Assembly: GCA_951406725.2 (NCBI GenBank)
Contig: OX597823.1
Span: forward strand, 2,604,001 to 2,668,000
Reading direction: 5' to 3'
DNA length: 64,000 nucleotides
DNA from: Octopus vulgaris
Taxonomy: Eukaryota
The notes beneath the pieces are model-generated. The model did no database searches and was not told the origin of the DNA. It saw only the letters and a program-made list of their open reading frames with translations. Made by a program: the position numbers and the translations under genes. Below, one piece after another: positions 1 through 45,214 of this stretch (its first letter is position 1; every line of letters begins with the position of its first letter).

Positions 1-90
<90 letters not shown>
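1..90. repeat. (AAT)n microsatellite
   Basis: Perfect trinucleotide run. Confidence 0.99.
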
Positions 91-92
<2 letters not shown>

Positions 93-96
<4 letters not shown>

Positions 97-890
97 GAAG
101 AAGAAGAAGAAGAAGAAGAAGACACAACAAAAGCTATAAACCAAATGAAATCGAAACTAAAACTAGCACAACAACGGACCATGATAAGACGATGGCAAGA
201 AAAGCCCCTTCATGGAAAGTACTGGACTAAACTAAATGCAAAAGAAATAGACAAAGAAAAATCCCAGCAATGGTTGAGAAGCTCAGGACTCAAAGCAGAG
301 ACAGAGGGATTTTTAATTGCAGCACAAGACCAAAGCCTCCCCACCAGAAATTACCAAAAACATGTAATGAAAAGAAACATAACAAGTAACTGCAGAATGT
401 GTGGAGATGGACAAGAAACAATAAATCATATTATCTCTGGCTGCCCAGTCCTGGCTAAGAAGGAATATATTCACAGACACGACAGAGTTGGGACCTACAT
501 ACACTGGAAGCTATGCCAACATTATGGAATAACAACAGAAAAAAGATGGTATAGGCACACTCCAGAAAAGGTCACAGAAAACGAGAAAGCAACCATACTC
601 TGGGATATGCCAATACACACAGATAGAGAAATTAAGACCAATAGGCCAGATATAGTTGTTACAGATCATGAAGAAAAAAATGCTTTCTAATTGATGTATC
701 AATACCAGCAGATGACGACGTGTCTCTAAAAGAAATGGAGAAACTTTCAAAATACAAGGACCTGGAAATAGAGGTAACCCGAATGTGGAATCTAAAAACA
801 GAAGCAATTCCTATCATAGTAGGCGCATTAGGTATGATAAAAAATATTCAAAAAAAATTAAAAAATAAATAATAATAATAATTATGATGG

Positions 891-933
<43 letters not shown>

Positions 934-1090
934 ATGTTATTGCAGAGTAAGAGCAATACTCAAGACAGAGCTGAATGTGAGAAACAGGATCGAAGCGATC
1001 AATGCTTTAGCCAAACCAGTCGTGCCTTACAGTTTCAATATTGTTACCTGGTCAATTACTAAAATATGTAATCTTGACAGAAGTCAAACA
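93..1090 (+). mobile_element. R4/Dong-like (restriction-like endonuclease) LINE, 3' fragments
   Basis: ORF 145-690 has the CxxC...HxxxxC knuckle, RHD and RPD motifs and is near-identical to 49850-50550. A displaced RT-thumb piece lies at 930-1090. Confidence 0.9.
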
Positions 1091-1291
1091 AAGAATAATG
1101 ACAATAATAATAATAATGATGATAATAATAATGATAATAATGATAATAATAATAGTAATAATATAGGGTTGAGGTAACTCCTCCAGAAGATACAGAAGCA
1201 TAAAAAGAAGAGTGTCATTGTTATGAAGTGAATGATATTTCGACATCTCGTTTGTTTTGCACAGGTTCAAAAAAATAAACTTGTCAATCTA

Positions 1292-1509
1292 CTTCCTTTA
1301 TTGCCCACAATGGCCTAAGCACAGAGGAGACAAACAAGGACAGACAAATGAGTTTCGAGTCCAGTGCTCAACTGGTACTTAATTTATCGACCCCGAAAGG
1401 ATGAAAGGCAAAGTCGACCTCGGCGGAATTTGAACTCAGAACGTAATAGCAGACATAATACCACTAAGCATTTCGTCCGGCGTGCTAACGTTTCTGCCAG
1501 CTCGCCGCT
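1292..1509 (-). mobile_element. tRNA-derived SINE family A
   Basis: GGCGAGCTGGCAGAAACGTTAGC...GAGTTCAAATTCC head; repeated at 13374, 19046, 33315 and 59775. Confidence 0.85.
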
Positions 1510-2430
1510 TTTATTTGAGTTTATCTTGGCTTTATATAGTCTCTGATAAATTTATCTTTTCGGATATAGATGGAGCTCTATTGGATGATAAGTGTATCAC
1601 TTCAGGTCTGGAGGTTGAAATCGAATAAAAGAAATCATTTTAAAAACATAGTCCACAAACTTTTACCTCTCCAAAAGACAAAGGTAAAATCTTCTTAGTC
1701 GTAATCAAATAACATCAAGAAAAATTAACTCCGGGCTAGAAGTCTGCTGACCAACCAAGCTGTCCATCTACATACATCTTTTTGTGAACCCTAAAGAACA
1801 AGGTAAGAAAATTTTTATAAATCTTTTAAATAGAGCTCAAATAATATCAACAAATAAAGGAATTTGCTGACCAACTAACCTTTCCGCCTACTGTCTTTTC
1901 TGAACTCTAGATAATCAAATTTCTAAGCTTAAAACTTCATGACCTAAAGCTGATATGCTTAAATAAACACACCGAATCACAAAATTTTACATGTTGGACA
2001 GAACGCTGCACAATAACTTCTAACTTCATAAAACAAACAAGTTAAGTACAGATAGCAACAACAACAATAACTCAGCCTATTTACTTAGCTGCAGAATAAC
2101 TTATAACTTCTCACCTACCTTCATTTTCTTGTGAACCCTAAAAAACAAGCTCAGAAGCTGACACACCTAAACAGACACACCTGATTGCAATGTTGTACAC
2201 ATGCCACTGAACTCTAAACAATAACACAACTCCAACGTTTATTAATAAAAATCTACTGTAATATTATTGTATCAAACCTCGTCCTACAACCTGATTATCA
2301 TCCAAAAGAGCTCCATCTACAGCAGAAAAAAACCCCAAACTTACTGGACACTATATATGACCCAGAATATCTGAGTCCGCGGAAGGCTAAGCAGGCTAAA
2401 ACTTCAAAGTCACTGACAACACTATTCTTG

Positions 2431-2474
<44 letters not shown>

Positions 2475-2591
2475 CACCGTGATCACTGTGACCGACCAGG
2501 CTATCAGATGTTGCTATATATCGCTGATCACAATGCGCTTCGCATTGTTTTAGCCTTCAAATGACGCCACCTCGCTGGCTAAGCGAGCAGG

Positions 2592-2631
<40 letters not shown>

Positions 2632-3121
2632 ATTTGAATGTTAAGAACATTAAGGTCTTAGAATTTATCTTCTGACTGAAGAATATTCTTTAAGTTATAT
2701 GGAACTGCTAGAAAGTGGGAGGGATGTTCTGTTCGATGGAGACAAAAGAGATTTTCTATTTATAGAAGTAGGTAGGGGTGAAATAAATGTCAGAAGTTAT
2801 TCCTAAAGAAAATTAAAGTGGAAGGGGTTATATTGTCTTAGAGGCTGTTTATTGCTATTTGGCAATGCGATTTCGTATCAAGAAAACTAGGTCAATGCTA
2901 TATGATCACAATGGCCATCCATAAACTAAATAGTTACAGAAAATACAGAGATTCCTTTATACTTATACAAACATATACAAATATGCATCCGCTTTAATCT
3001 ATAAGATTATACTTGGCTAGTAGGGGATGATTATTTCAATAAGTTGAATTAAAAGAGAATTATAAATCTAATATTTATTAAGATCGTACCAGATTACCGA
3101 AGATATTCTTGTTGCTTATTT

Positions 3122-3157
<36 letters not shown>

Positions 3158-3190
3158 GGAGGTTTGAAAATGCAATTTTAAAAGATGTCT

Positions 3191-3240
3191 ATTCACTTGA
3201 CCGGTTTCACGTTTTTAGAAAAAGATTATCAAAAGTAAAC
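3191..3240 (-). ncRNA. Minimal type I hammerhead-like motif, U3-A8 core variant
   Basis: GTTTACTT-TTGATAA-(TCTTTTTCTAAAAACGT)-GAAA-CCGG-TC-AAGTGAAT. 8-bp stem I and palindromic stem III ACCGGT; the base of stem II is imperfect. Confidence 0.55.
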
Positions 3241-3529
3241 TGTAAAGCTTTGTTGTGTTAAGTACTGGTTGTCACTAAAATATTACAATATATATATGCA
3301 TTCTTTGATAATAATAAGAACATGTTAAAAACAGTTTACAGAAAAAAATTTTTTTGTGAAATTATATATAGTGTTATGAGTTTAGCTAGTGCAGTCTTGG
3401 TGACCCACATTTGGAATTATGGTTCCAGCATGTCTGGTAAAAAGTGACAGGTCCTTTGTTTACTGGGAGATTAATGAGACCTTTCTGGCCTTGTGCGGTC
3501 GATTGGAGGTCGTTCTAGACACCCCTTAA

Positions 3530-3790
3530 AGATAGAGTAAGAGCAGAGGGCAAATAGAAAGGCTATAAACAGTAAGGGACAGATTGAGGATAGAGATAGG
3601 CAGTAAGGGAATCTGAGAGCAGATAGAGAGGGTAATAGGCAGCAGGTGATAGAGACAGGCAGAGAGTATGGTAGAGCTGTCATGAGAGGGTAATAGGCAG
3701 CAGGCGATAGAGATAGGCAGTGAGAGCAGAGGGCAAATAGAGAGGGTATAAGTGGTAGAGATGAGGTAGTGGGAAGGACAGAGACGAAGT
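3530..3790. repeat. Degenerate GA-rich minisatellite
   Basis: Recurrent GAGAGGGTAATAGGCAGCAGG and GATAGAGATAGGCAG units. Confidence 0.7.
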
Positions 3791-4566
3791 GAGGTCTTGG
3801 CAGTCGGTGATCGGTCGTCGAAGAACACAGTCGGATTCTGGAAGTCGGCAAGGAGGTGGAATTCTAGGAGCAAGCTGGGATGCGAGAAAGCTTGGCGGCA
3901 CGGAAGGGAATATGTACAGAGGAATTAGCGGTACGGAGAGATGAGTGCAGAATGGGACACTGGCGATTCAGTTAGGAATTGAGGTATGTGATTGTGCATT
4001 GATACGTGTCACGGTGTATTGAACAGTGAAAAGAACAGTCAAGGACTTGTCGATATGTCGATTATCGAGTTGTGGTATTTATGTTCAGAATTGTGTTGAT
4101 GTGACGTTATCTGTGATGTTTAGAAAAAGACTTTAAAAGAACTGTGTCTTCGGACGTGTACCTTTGAAATACTGTATATGACTTGTTGTGTTTCCGGACT
4201 GATATATTGTTACATGCATGTTGTTAAATGCTTTTGATCTGTGGTATACCCGTATGATGTATTGATTTGTTGTTTGCCTTAAATGCTCTGATGTTGTAAC
4301 CATTGATTGTCATATAAACTAGTTGTTGAATGTAAGTCAGTGTTGCCAGTTGTTGCCTTGCCTCTTTTGGTGTCTCTTTCGGGTTGTGTCTCTGTGTCTC
4401 TGTGCTGCTGCGGTTGTTGTTGTTGCAGTGTCTCTCCTCTCCTCTCTCTCCTCTCTCCGACTGGTTTCCGTAGCTTATTCACTGATCGAATCGGGCCTGT
4501 GTGAGGATTTCCGTAACAGTTTTCGGATGCTCCCCACTAGTTTCGTAACAATATATATATATATAT

Positions 4567-4975
4567 ACTCTTTTACTCTTTTACTCGTTTCAGTCATTTG
4601 ACTGCGGCCATGCTGGAGCACCGCCTTTTAGTCGAGCAAATCGATCACAGGACTTATTCTTTCGAAGCCTAGTACTTATTCTATTGGTCTCTTTGCCAAA
4701 CCACTAAGTTACGGGGACATAAACATACCAACATCGGTTGTCAAGCGATGTTTGGGGGGACAAACACAGATACAAACATATGCACACACACATACATATA
4801 TATGTATATATACACATATATACGACGGGTTTCTTTCAGTTTCCGTCTACCAAATCCACTCACAAGGCTTTGGTCTGCCCGAGACTATAGTAGAAGGCAC
4901 TTGCCCAAGGTGCCACGCGGTGGGACTGAACCCGGAACCATGTGATTGGTAAGCAAGCTACTTACCACACAGCCA
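4567..4975 (-). mobile_element. tRNA-derived SINE family B with (AAAAGAGT)n tail
   Basis: TGGCTGTGTGG A-box and GGTTCAGTCCC B-box; copies at 8831 and 20708. Confidence 0.85.
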
Positions 4976-5089
4976 ATACTAGTAATATCAAATATATTTG
5001 TATATGCAAACATGCGCATATATATGTTACACACACATACATACATATGTAAGTCAATGTATGTACACATATATACACATGTATATTTA

Positions 5090-5129
<40 letters not shown>

Positions 5130-5423
5130 CGTATACATACGTATGTATGTGTGTATGCGTCTGTGTGTGTATACACATATAGATATATACATGTATATAT
5201 ATATGATATAGGTGTGGATGTACACACACATACACACATATAGATATATAAACATGGGTGTACACATATATAAATGAATAAATATGCTTACATTTATGTA
5301 GATACATATGCGTTTAAATAAATATTTATTGGGGTATATGGACGAGTATTTATATGTGTATGTGTGTGTGTGTGTGTGTGTATGTGTGTGTGTGTGTGTG
5401 CGTGCGTTCAGCATCTACCTTAC

Positions 5424-37112
<31,689 letters not shown>

Positions 37113-37194
37113 TTCTGTTTTTAGAAAATAGAGAATGAAAGACTTGTGTCATATTACAGCAATAACCCAAACAGTTTTAGTTTTCTCAATATAT

Positions 37195-37238
<44 letters not shown>

Positions 37239-37719
37239 TCTATCTATCTATCTATCTAGTTATACACACACACACATACACACACACACATATATTTAAG
37301 TCACAATATATGGCTTCAAGTAATCCGGGAATATTCATAAAAAAGCTACTTAATATATCATTCTACGAAACAGAATACAAAGGAAAATGATAAGGAGTGT
37401 ATAACAATATAAATGACGGGAGTAAATATAATGATAAAGTTTATTTAACTATAAGAAATTTCAAATATCACAACACATTGTTTTGTAATTTAAGGCATGT
37501 TAACATAATTTATTTTGTTATATTTAATAATAAATAAATTACTTATCTTCAAAAATCGTTTAAAACAATGCAGAAATTAAGCTACGTCCTTAGATGAAAG
37601 AAAACTCTTTCTTAAATACTAAATACTTTAGAATCTAACAAAGATTTTTCTTTTCACCTGAGAATTTAGTTAAAATTTCTGCTTTGTTTTAAACGATTTT
37701 TGTATTAATGCAGACATGT

Positions 37720-38730
37720 AAGTCACTCATATCGCTTGACCGTCGTGCCTTGTCCCAGACATTGGTCTGATTACGCTGGAGCTTATACTCCTCCGCTTCT
37801 TATGGAGGGGATGCGTCCCGGTGGTCAGGCGGTCTATCTGCTGTCAACACCCGCTGCGTGGTGGACTGAGCATGGTGGTTGATGATGTGCAGTTATGCAC
37901 TGAGGCTACGAGAACTCCAGTGCTTCCTTGACGGTGAACAGGTGTGATTGCCATTCGCCAGACACGTATTTCCGCAGCTAGTTTCTTTAGCGGAGATGCA
38001 GTCCTTGGTAAAACAGAGACCGAGGGGGAGCATTTGGAAAGTGGAATGTCTTCAAGTGCTTCCCTCTGCTAATAGGGAACTGCTTAGGTGGAACATCCAC
38101 TTTAGTATTTTATAGAGGATTAGTGGAGGAAAAGTGCGACAATGTTATTGGGGAGACCTTGGGCATCGAGGGAGATCTGCTAGTCGCTCTTTTCCGGAGA
38201 ACTTTCGGGCCGTGACCAATGGATAATTTCCAAAAATCTCTGACCTGACAGAGCTACTGGGTAGCTTTGCCTGTTCGGGATAAACTTTACAGGCACGGAA
38301 GTGCCGTCAGCCGAGCATGTTCGAGATGCACGCAGGACGACGAGAAGGTCCTGCATGCATTCGTCCATTGCCCGAGCATTGCTGTCCTCTGGGTTTATGT
38401 CGGACACCTGCTGTCGCGTGTGGGACGGATCCGCCTGTCAACTGAATCCATTGCGAAGATCACCCTGCCGCCTTCCCTTAGCCGGGAAGGAAAGGCTGTT
38501 TTTATATGTCCGGTGGCCATGGCGAAAGAGGTTGTATGGTGGACGAGATTGAAGGGACTGAAGACAAACACTTTTCTCTTTGGCCAATCCCTGTTGAACT
38601 TTTTCAAGTTTGAAAAGGAAAATAAAGGTCGAGAGGGAAGTGTTGTCTTCTAACCAGTTTGCTGAAAGGTGGATGAAAGTGGCGAGAATGGTGCGAGTGA
38701 ACGAGCCTGCCCTGAGCATTCGCCTGTAGT
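37720..38730 (+). mobile_element. L1/Tx1-like LINE, 3' fragment
   Basis: LPVRDKL...CxRC.....VLHAFVHC zf-RVT motif; GC-rich. Confidence 0.8.
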
Positions 38731-39015
38731 TGGAAAAAAGGAAAGGAAAATAGGCACCTACCCCAAAAGTCAGGGTACCCATGGTTTTTTTACGGGCTTT
38801 TTCCATGAGCATCCCTCGAACGTCTCCTCCCTACTGAGGATTACACAGCGTTGATTTCTCTCTCATTGAAAAAAATTTGTTAGACTTGCTTACACGCAAA
38901 ATCCTTACACATATCTCTCACACATATACACGAGTTTTTGTTTTGTCCTGAGATGTCCATAATGTTTTTCTAATGTAAACCTTTGTGGTAAATAAAGAAA
39001 TCATCATCGTTATTA

Positions 39016-39057
<42 letters not shown>

Positions 39058-39062
<5 letters not shown>

Positions 39063-39300
39063 TTGTTTTATTTTTATAGCGTGCTTTCACTTCTATACCG
39101 AGCGCAGCTCTGGTTGCCTTGGGTATGTGCTGTGATTTGTTGTGATGCTCTGATGGTTATTATATGGAAAGTGTTCTGCGTAGGATGTGTGCGGTGCCTA
39201 GTAGTGCAATTTTCTGTATGTTATATGTGTTTGTAAGTCCTGGTGTTTTTGTTATGTATTTGTCTGAATATTTTTTTATCATGCCTAATGCACCTGATCC
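39058..39300 (-). mobile_element. 3' terminus of an R4/Dong-like LINE, flanked by (ATT)n
   Basis: Reverse complement of about 50530-50762. Confidence 0.9.
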
Positions 39301-39330
39301 GACTATTATTATTATTATTATTATTATTAA

Positions 39331-39369
<39 letters not shown>

Positions 39370-39429
39370 AAACAGTTTGCTTCAACCCCATGTGATGTAA
39401 CGTTTTGTAGCAGAAGTTCGTCTCTTTCA

Positions 39430-39850
39430 TTAGATTACCAAATGGAGAAACACAGGAACTTGTATCCAGGTATGGGTGGCGTATCTGGTATTTCTTGAAG
39501 AAAATTGTCCGTTTAAAGTGATGGGATCCTTTTTCCTTTTTTATCAGTTTTGGGACAATGTTAAATAGGGGAGAGCCTGTTGAGGAAAAGTTGTGTCGCA
39601 GTGTACCTATATGTTGTGATCCTGAATTGTGCCGGGTACGTATGGCCCGTGGTCCCAGCCTTGGATGAACCTTGAAACTAATGTCCAGGTCGTTTGGGCA
39701 ATGCAGACAGTATTTTCTTCACATTGTGCAATTGATGTACCGCTCGCGGCGGCGCTGGAGAGAGTAGAGTTTCAAGGCTTTATGGGAGGCCCAGTAATCG
39801 AGATCAGTCATGCCTTCAATTCGTTTAGTGAGTGCCCTCTGGGGTGATTC
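39430..39850 (-). mobile_element. CR1-like LINE, 3' fragment
   Basis: LKLYSLQRRRERY motif. Confidence 0.75.
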
Positions 39851-40267
39851 AATATATATAGAAGGGGTGTATTTCCACGCGGGAAAAAGTATAGGAGAAT
39901 TTGTTTTTGAATATGCACCTGACTTTGAAAAACTTGCTTTTAAATAAATTAATTTACATACATACCAAGCTAGTTTCAACAATTTTTTGTCAATAGTATA
40001 AACGTATATAAAACAATGCGAAGAAGAAAACTAGTTTAAATGATTAAATGTTCACAAAATTCAATAACAGGGGTAGATAATATCAAAAATGATCGGCGAA
40101 GAATATAAAAGATGTGGATTACTAGAAGTTCAGTGAAACTGAGTTATTATAGAATAAATGGACAAGAGAGAGAAAAGAAAAAACATCTTGCGTGTTATTC
40201 TTTTTCCGTCGCGTACAGGGCTTTTCGCTTTTGACGGAATATTTTGGAATTAGTATATGTATGTATG

Positions 40268-40306
<39 letters not shown>

Positions 40307-40376
40307 GTGATCTCGTGAGCACCGCCAGCAATTTTTTTCCTCTGTCTTCCCTTCTCGGGATCTTTCCTTCTCCTTT

Positions 40377-40411
40377 GTTTCCGACGAAGAGCTACGCTCG
40401 AAACGTTAAAC
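40377..40411 (+). ncRNA. Minimal type I hammerhead motif with U4C
   Basis: GTTT-CCGACGA-A-GAGC(TAC)GCTC-GAAA-CG-TT-AAAC. Confidence 0.65.
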
Positions 40412-40510
40412 CCTCCTTCTTCCCTTTTTCCTGGGCTTCCAATAATACTTTAATTGTTCCACGTCCTCGCGTTGCTGTGTTTTTTTCTTTGTTTTCTTGT
40501 TTGGATTAAC

Positions 40511-40557
<47 letters not shown>

Positions 40558-40959
40558 TTCTCCGCGGACGGATCTAATTTTTGATTCGTTATAATTCTGA
40601 TCACGTCTTATTCTTTCTGATGGTCAAGTTTAGCGTTCTGCTTGGTTGACTTCCCTGTAGGGAAGTCCGGTTGGTTGATTCTCATAAAGGGTCAGTTTGT
40701 TTTCCTGAGAGTCCGGTTCTGATTGGAAGTAAAATTCCATTCGTCTAGTGATTGGTAAGGTCAGCAACTGGTGTTTGAGAGGGTGTATGGTGTTATTGGA
40801 TAGTATAGGTGTGTAGTTATTGTATAGAGTTGCAGTTTCGAAACCCAGGTGGAAGACTGTTACTAAAGTTTTCGAATTATGTCTGTTGTATCTGGTTGTT
40901 TTTTGTGGAGAAATTGAGCCTCTTCTACTTTCTGGTGTTGATGTTGTCAGCAAAACCAA

Positions 40960-43870
40960 ACATCTTCAGGTATTCAACGATCTAAGAATGAGGCGTCATA
41001 TCATATGCCTTCTTAAAGTCAATCCAAGCCATAGACATTTTTGTATGATGTTTCTTACAATGCCTCAAAACTGTTTTATCGATGACCAGGTGATCTTTGG
41101 TACCCTGAGAACTCTTCCTACATCCTTTTTGTAGTATTTCTTCTTGTGCTAGGAAAGTGTATGTAGTTTCTCAAAATATTACCCTAACTTCTATCTTTCA
41201 TTACAAGTGTTGTCCTCCCAGTCACCATCCACGCGGGGACTGTACCTTTCTGGCCACACTCATTCAATTGGGCTGCTAGTCTTTCATGCACTGAGTGGCA
41301 TCTCTTCAGCCAGAAGCCACGAATCCCATCTGGTCCGGGGACTTTCAAGTTAGGCACTTTAACCACTTGTTCTTTCACATCACCCGTGCTTATGAAAATA
41401 TTCCTTTATTTCTTACCTCCTTGTAATTTTGTCTTGATAGTCCCTATCCACATCGCATCCCTTTTATGCACCACCTTGTTTCCTTATAATCCACTCAAGA
41501 ACTCCTGTCTTGATTTACATCAGGAGCAACATTTTCCCCATTGTCTCTTTGTAACGGGCGGAAGAATTGCTTCGAGTTATTTTTGAACAATCAGTTCTCC
41601 TCGAACTGCTTATTTCTGTTCACAAATCTTCTGATCTTCTGGCTTTTTGCTATGATCCTCTGTTTAAATGCTCTATTACTGTATCAAACCCGCTCTTCCG
41701 TATTTTATACTTCTTCCCCAATTTTTCTGTCGGTCTTTTTCCCATTTTTCCAGTTTCCTCTTAACTATTGCTCAGTTTTTCCTAGATCTTGCCTTACCCG
41801 TATTATGTCCCGTTTCAATGCGTTCTTTCCACCATGTTCTTTTGCTCCACCATTTTTGTTCCCTTAAGTTGTAATTTCTCCTCAACAAGTAGCGCAATAG
41901 CTCGGAGATTCCTTGTTTGTGTTATGTCCTCCGACTGGATGTATGGTATAACAGTATTTATCTTTCGTGTTACTTTATTTATCATACTCCTATCTTTATC
42001 ATATTCATGGGTATTTTTTCTGAAGTCGGTGAGTCGTCTTTGAATTTCAAGCAATTCATTATCTAGTTGGTTCATTTCCCCTGCATGTCCACCCACCACA
42101 GTATCAGGGTTATCCTCCTCCTCCTCCTCCTCCTCCTCCTCCTCATCATCATCATCATCATCATCATCGTCATCATCATCATCATCATCATTTTTATTAT
42201 TTACTTTTAATCTGCATGTTGCAATCACTCGCCGAGACACACCTAACATCCTAGGGCGAGAGAAGGATAAGAGATGTTATAGCATGACTGAAAGCTTGGG
42301 GAGCGCAAGTGACAGGGGCAATAGTGAAATATCTTCATGTAATACAATGGAAACATTTAAATTGATAGGGATTTTCTAAGGATGTAGTGAGTACTTGTCA
42401 GCACAATCTGTTGGATTTGTCTTAGACATTGTTCTCCTGGGATATTATGTAGATGTTTCTAAAATCCCTTTCTTATCATACCAAGTGCACCCACAATAAC
42501 AGGAATAGTTCTCGTTTTAAGATGCCACATCTTTTGTATTTCAATTTCCAGGTCCTCATATTTACATAATTTTTCAATTTTTTCATCAGTAGGAACACTT
42601 ACATCCATTGATCTACAAGTATTGCTTTGTCTTTAATGACTATGTCTGGTCGATTAGCCTGCATCCTTCTGTTGCTATTGACTGGAATATTTCAGAGGAC
42701 AGTGCCATTTTTACCTTCAACGACTGGCTCAGGATGATGTCCATACCAGTAAGCAAGAGTGCTGATTTTGTATTGTCCGCATATTTTCCAAAGTAAATAC
42801 TGTCCTACCTTATAGTAACTTGGTATTCATTTGGTGTCAACACTGGACATCCCGTGACAAGATGGTCTATTGTTTCATCAAATTTGTCGCAGAATCTGCA
42901 TTTAGGGTCAGAACCGTTTTGAAGAACATTAGCCAGGTAGTTTTTGATAAGCAAGCTTTAATCTTGTGCCACCACTACAAAGCCCTCAGTCTCTGCTTTC
43001 AGTCCTGAGCTTCTCAACCACTGATGGGTTGTTGCTTGGTCTACATCAGCATTTCGGCTTCGGAGTGTATACTGTCCATGCAGAGGTTTCTGGCTCCATC
43101 GCACCTCAATTTTTTTCTGCCCGTTTTTTGTTGCAGTCTTTTTGATCCGTTTTGCTTTTTTCGTGGCGGTGGTTTCAGGTTCTTCATCTAACTCAGGGTT
43201 AATGTCAAGTTCTTTTGCGAATTTTAAAGTTTCCTTGACAATAGAATGTGTTTTTCGCTGCTTTCATGTTTGCATACAAACCGCACCATCCAGTCTTCTG
43301 TACTAGATAAGTACATGTTCATTGCTATTGTGGTGCTTCTACTTGCAACATTCCTCTTCCTCCAGACTTCTAGGTAGGTACAGACGATCAAAGCCTGCTT
43401 TTGGGTGGTGCATGATTTCATGTTAGTAGTTTTCTTATCTTCTTGTCCAAGCATTGGAGCTTTGTAATATTCCAGTTAATGATGTTAAAACTTTATTGGA
43501 CTACTGGAAGTGTCAGGGAGTTAATGGCATCGATGCAATATTTGGAGTTGACTTCAGTTTTTAGTATGCGTCTTATTCTTCTGTAATACTCCTTTAGTAT
43601 TTTTTCTTTCATTGTAGCATGTTGTATTCGTTTCCTTCGTTTATCCTGTGATCTTTATAGTTTCCTTATGGGTCAAGATCCTTGATGGCAGTGTCAGTAT
43701 CTAATTTAATGGAAACTGTTTGCCTGAGCTTTCCTTTCACAAAAGTTATCAAGGCCCAAATCCCTCACAGTGTCACTGCTGGACTCTTTAACAGTAGTTA
43801 ACAGCCCAACTAGCTCTTTGTCATTTCTAGCAAAATGCTTCAGGTCGTCCATATAAAACAGATGGCTTAC
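40960..43870 (-). mobile_element. Two degraded R4/Dong-like LINE fragments (about 40960-42110 and 42330-43870)
   Basis: [35 protein letters not shown] and RPD remnants. Confidence 0.8.
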
Positions 43871-43884
43871 TATAATATTATACA

Positions 43885-45200
43885 GTAGCAGAGATACCCA
43901 GCATTGTTCGGGATTAAAATGGAATAGTTTGTATACATAATGCAGTTATGTTGAAACAGGTGATACGGGGAAAGTGCAACAGTGGCAACAAGACATTTGT
44001 GGAGTAAATGATGGTCTGATTCCACTAAGCGACATGTCATGCATCCGTTTGGAGTATCCGAGGCCCTAACCTGTCATGGAAAATTGGCGGTGGGGGTATG
44101 CGATTCTTGAATGCGTCGCAAAACTGTTAGTGGATATACTCTCCTTTGCGGCGGTCGGCGCTGCATCTAACACGACCCATCGTCTGAAGTTTTGATACCT
44201 CCTTCGGGTTTGTTGTATTACATCACTCATAAAGTAAAATTTAGAGGAGGTATAGTTGTTCATTTGTAAGAAACAAGAAAGCAATGAGATGATAGACTTG
44301 CCCTTGAACTTCGAACGTCGTCATAAATCCATGTTCAACTCTCTCCTAAGATGAACCAAACGATGTCATTTGGAATGCAGAGTTGTATTGCCTGATATTA
44401 TTCAGAAAATCCTTTGACTGGATGGAAGTACTTTCCAGAAGATCCATAAGAGGTTGAAGGGGAGCTGGTAGTGCTGGTAATCTTACCTTACCGCCTGAGC
44501 AGCACATGCCATTTGTTTCATTTGGAAATTTTGAAGCTTTGCAGAGATAACAATTTGAGTTTAGCACACCAATTTGGACAAAATTATCATTTTTGTAAGA
44601 ATGGGATGGATTATATCTAAAAGCAGCTTCAGGAGTTGTGAAGAACAAATGTGTACGTAGTCTGTTTCTGAGAGCCGTTCTATTGGACTTCTGTCTAATC
44701 ATTAAGACATTGTTTTAATGATTCAGCATTAAGTCCTGCAGCGTTCTTTTGCTGATCTTGGCAAAGTCTCATCTCACCTCTGTCTTGAGACTCCATTTGA
44801 TGTGCTACAGCATGCATTTGCTGATGTTGGGAATGTCTCATCTCTCTTCTCCATTGCCACTCCATTCGACATGCTGTGAGATTCCATTTTATGTTCTGCA
44901 GCATGCCTTTGCTGATCTTGACAAAGTCTCATCTCCTTTCTGCCTTGAGACTCAGTTTTCTACAATCCTCTTTGCTTTATACTTATTTGTGCCTTTTCTT
45001 TGGCGACATATCTTTTTCAACATTGTAAACAAAAAATTATGAATAGAAAAAATTATACTTTAATCTTTAAGCAGTTGTAGTATGTAGTATGTCTTTATTT
45101 TTGCATGCAGTATAAATTAACCAAATACAAGGAAATTAAAGAAATAGAAGCAATTGTATGAACTGCAAATTTAACGGTGAATGCCACAATAATTATTATA
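43885..45200 (-). mobile_element. Helitron fragment (N-terminal Rep-Hel region)
   Basis: CxxCxAxKFxxE..GMCC..GKVxLP...FLxNIRxYNSAFQMTSFG. 3' hairpin CCCGAACAATGCTGGG followed by CTAC. Confidence 0.85.
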
Positions 45201-45214
45201 AATTTCTTAATTTA

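Noticed and set aside
2475-2596. Structured 120-bp segment in (TA)n with hairpin ACAATGCG-CTT-CGCATTGT
   Set aside because: No ribozyme or ncRNA consensus recognised; most likely a retroposon tail.
1-5423. Further lipoxygenase exons (third His ligand, C-terminus)
   Set aside because: No matching motifs found; presumably outside the window.
44745-44960. Repeated GCTGATCTTG.CAAAGTCTCATCTC units resembling a CRISPR-like array
   Set aside because: Coding tandem repeats in the Helitron N-terminus, with irregular spacing in a eukaryotic context.
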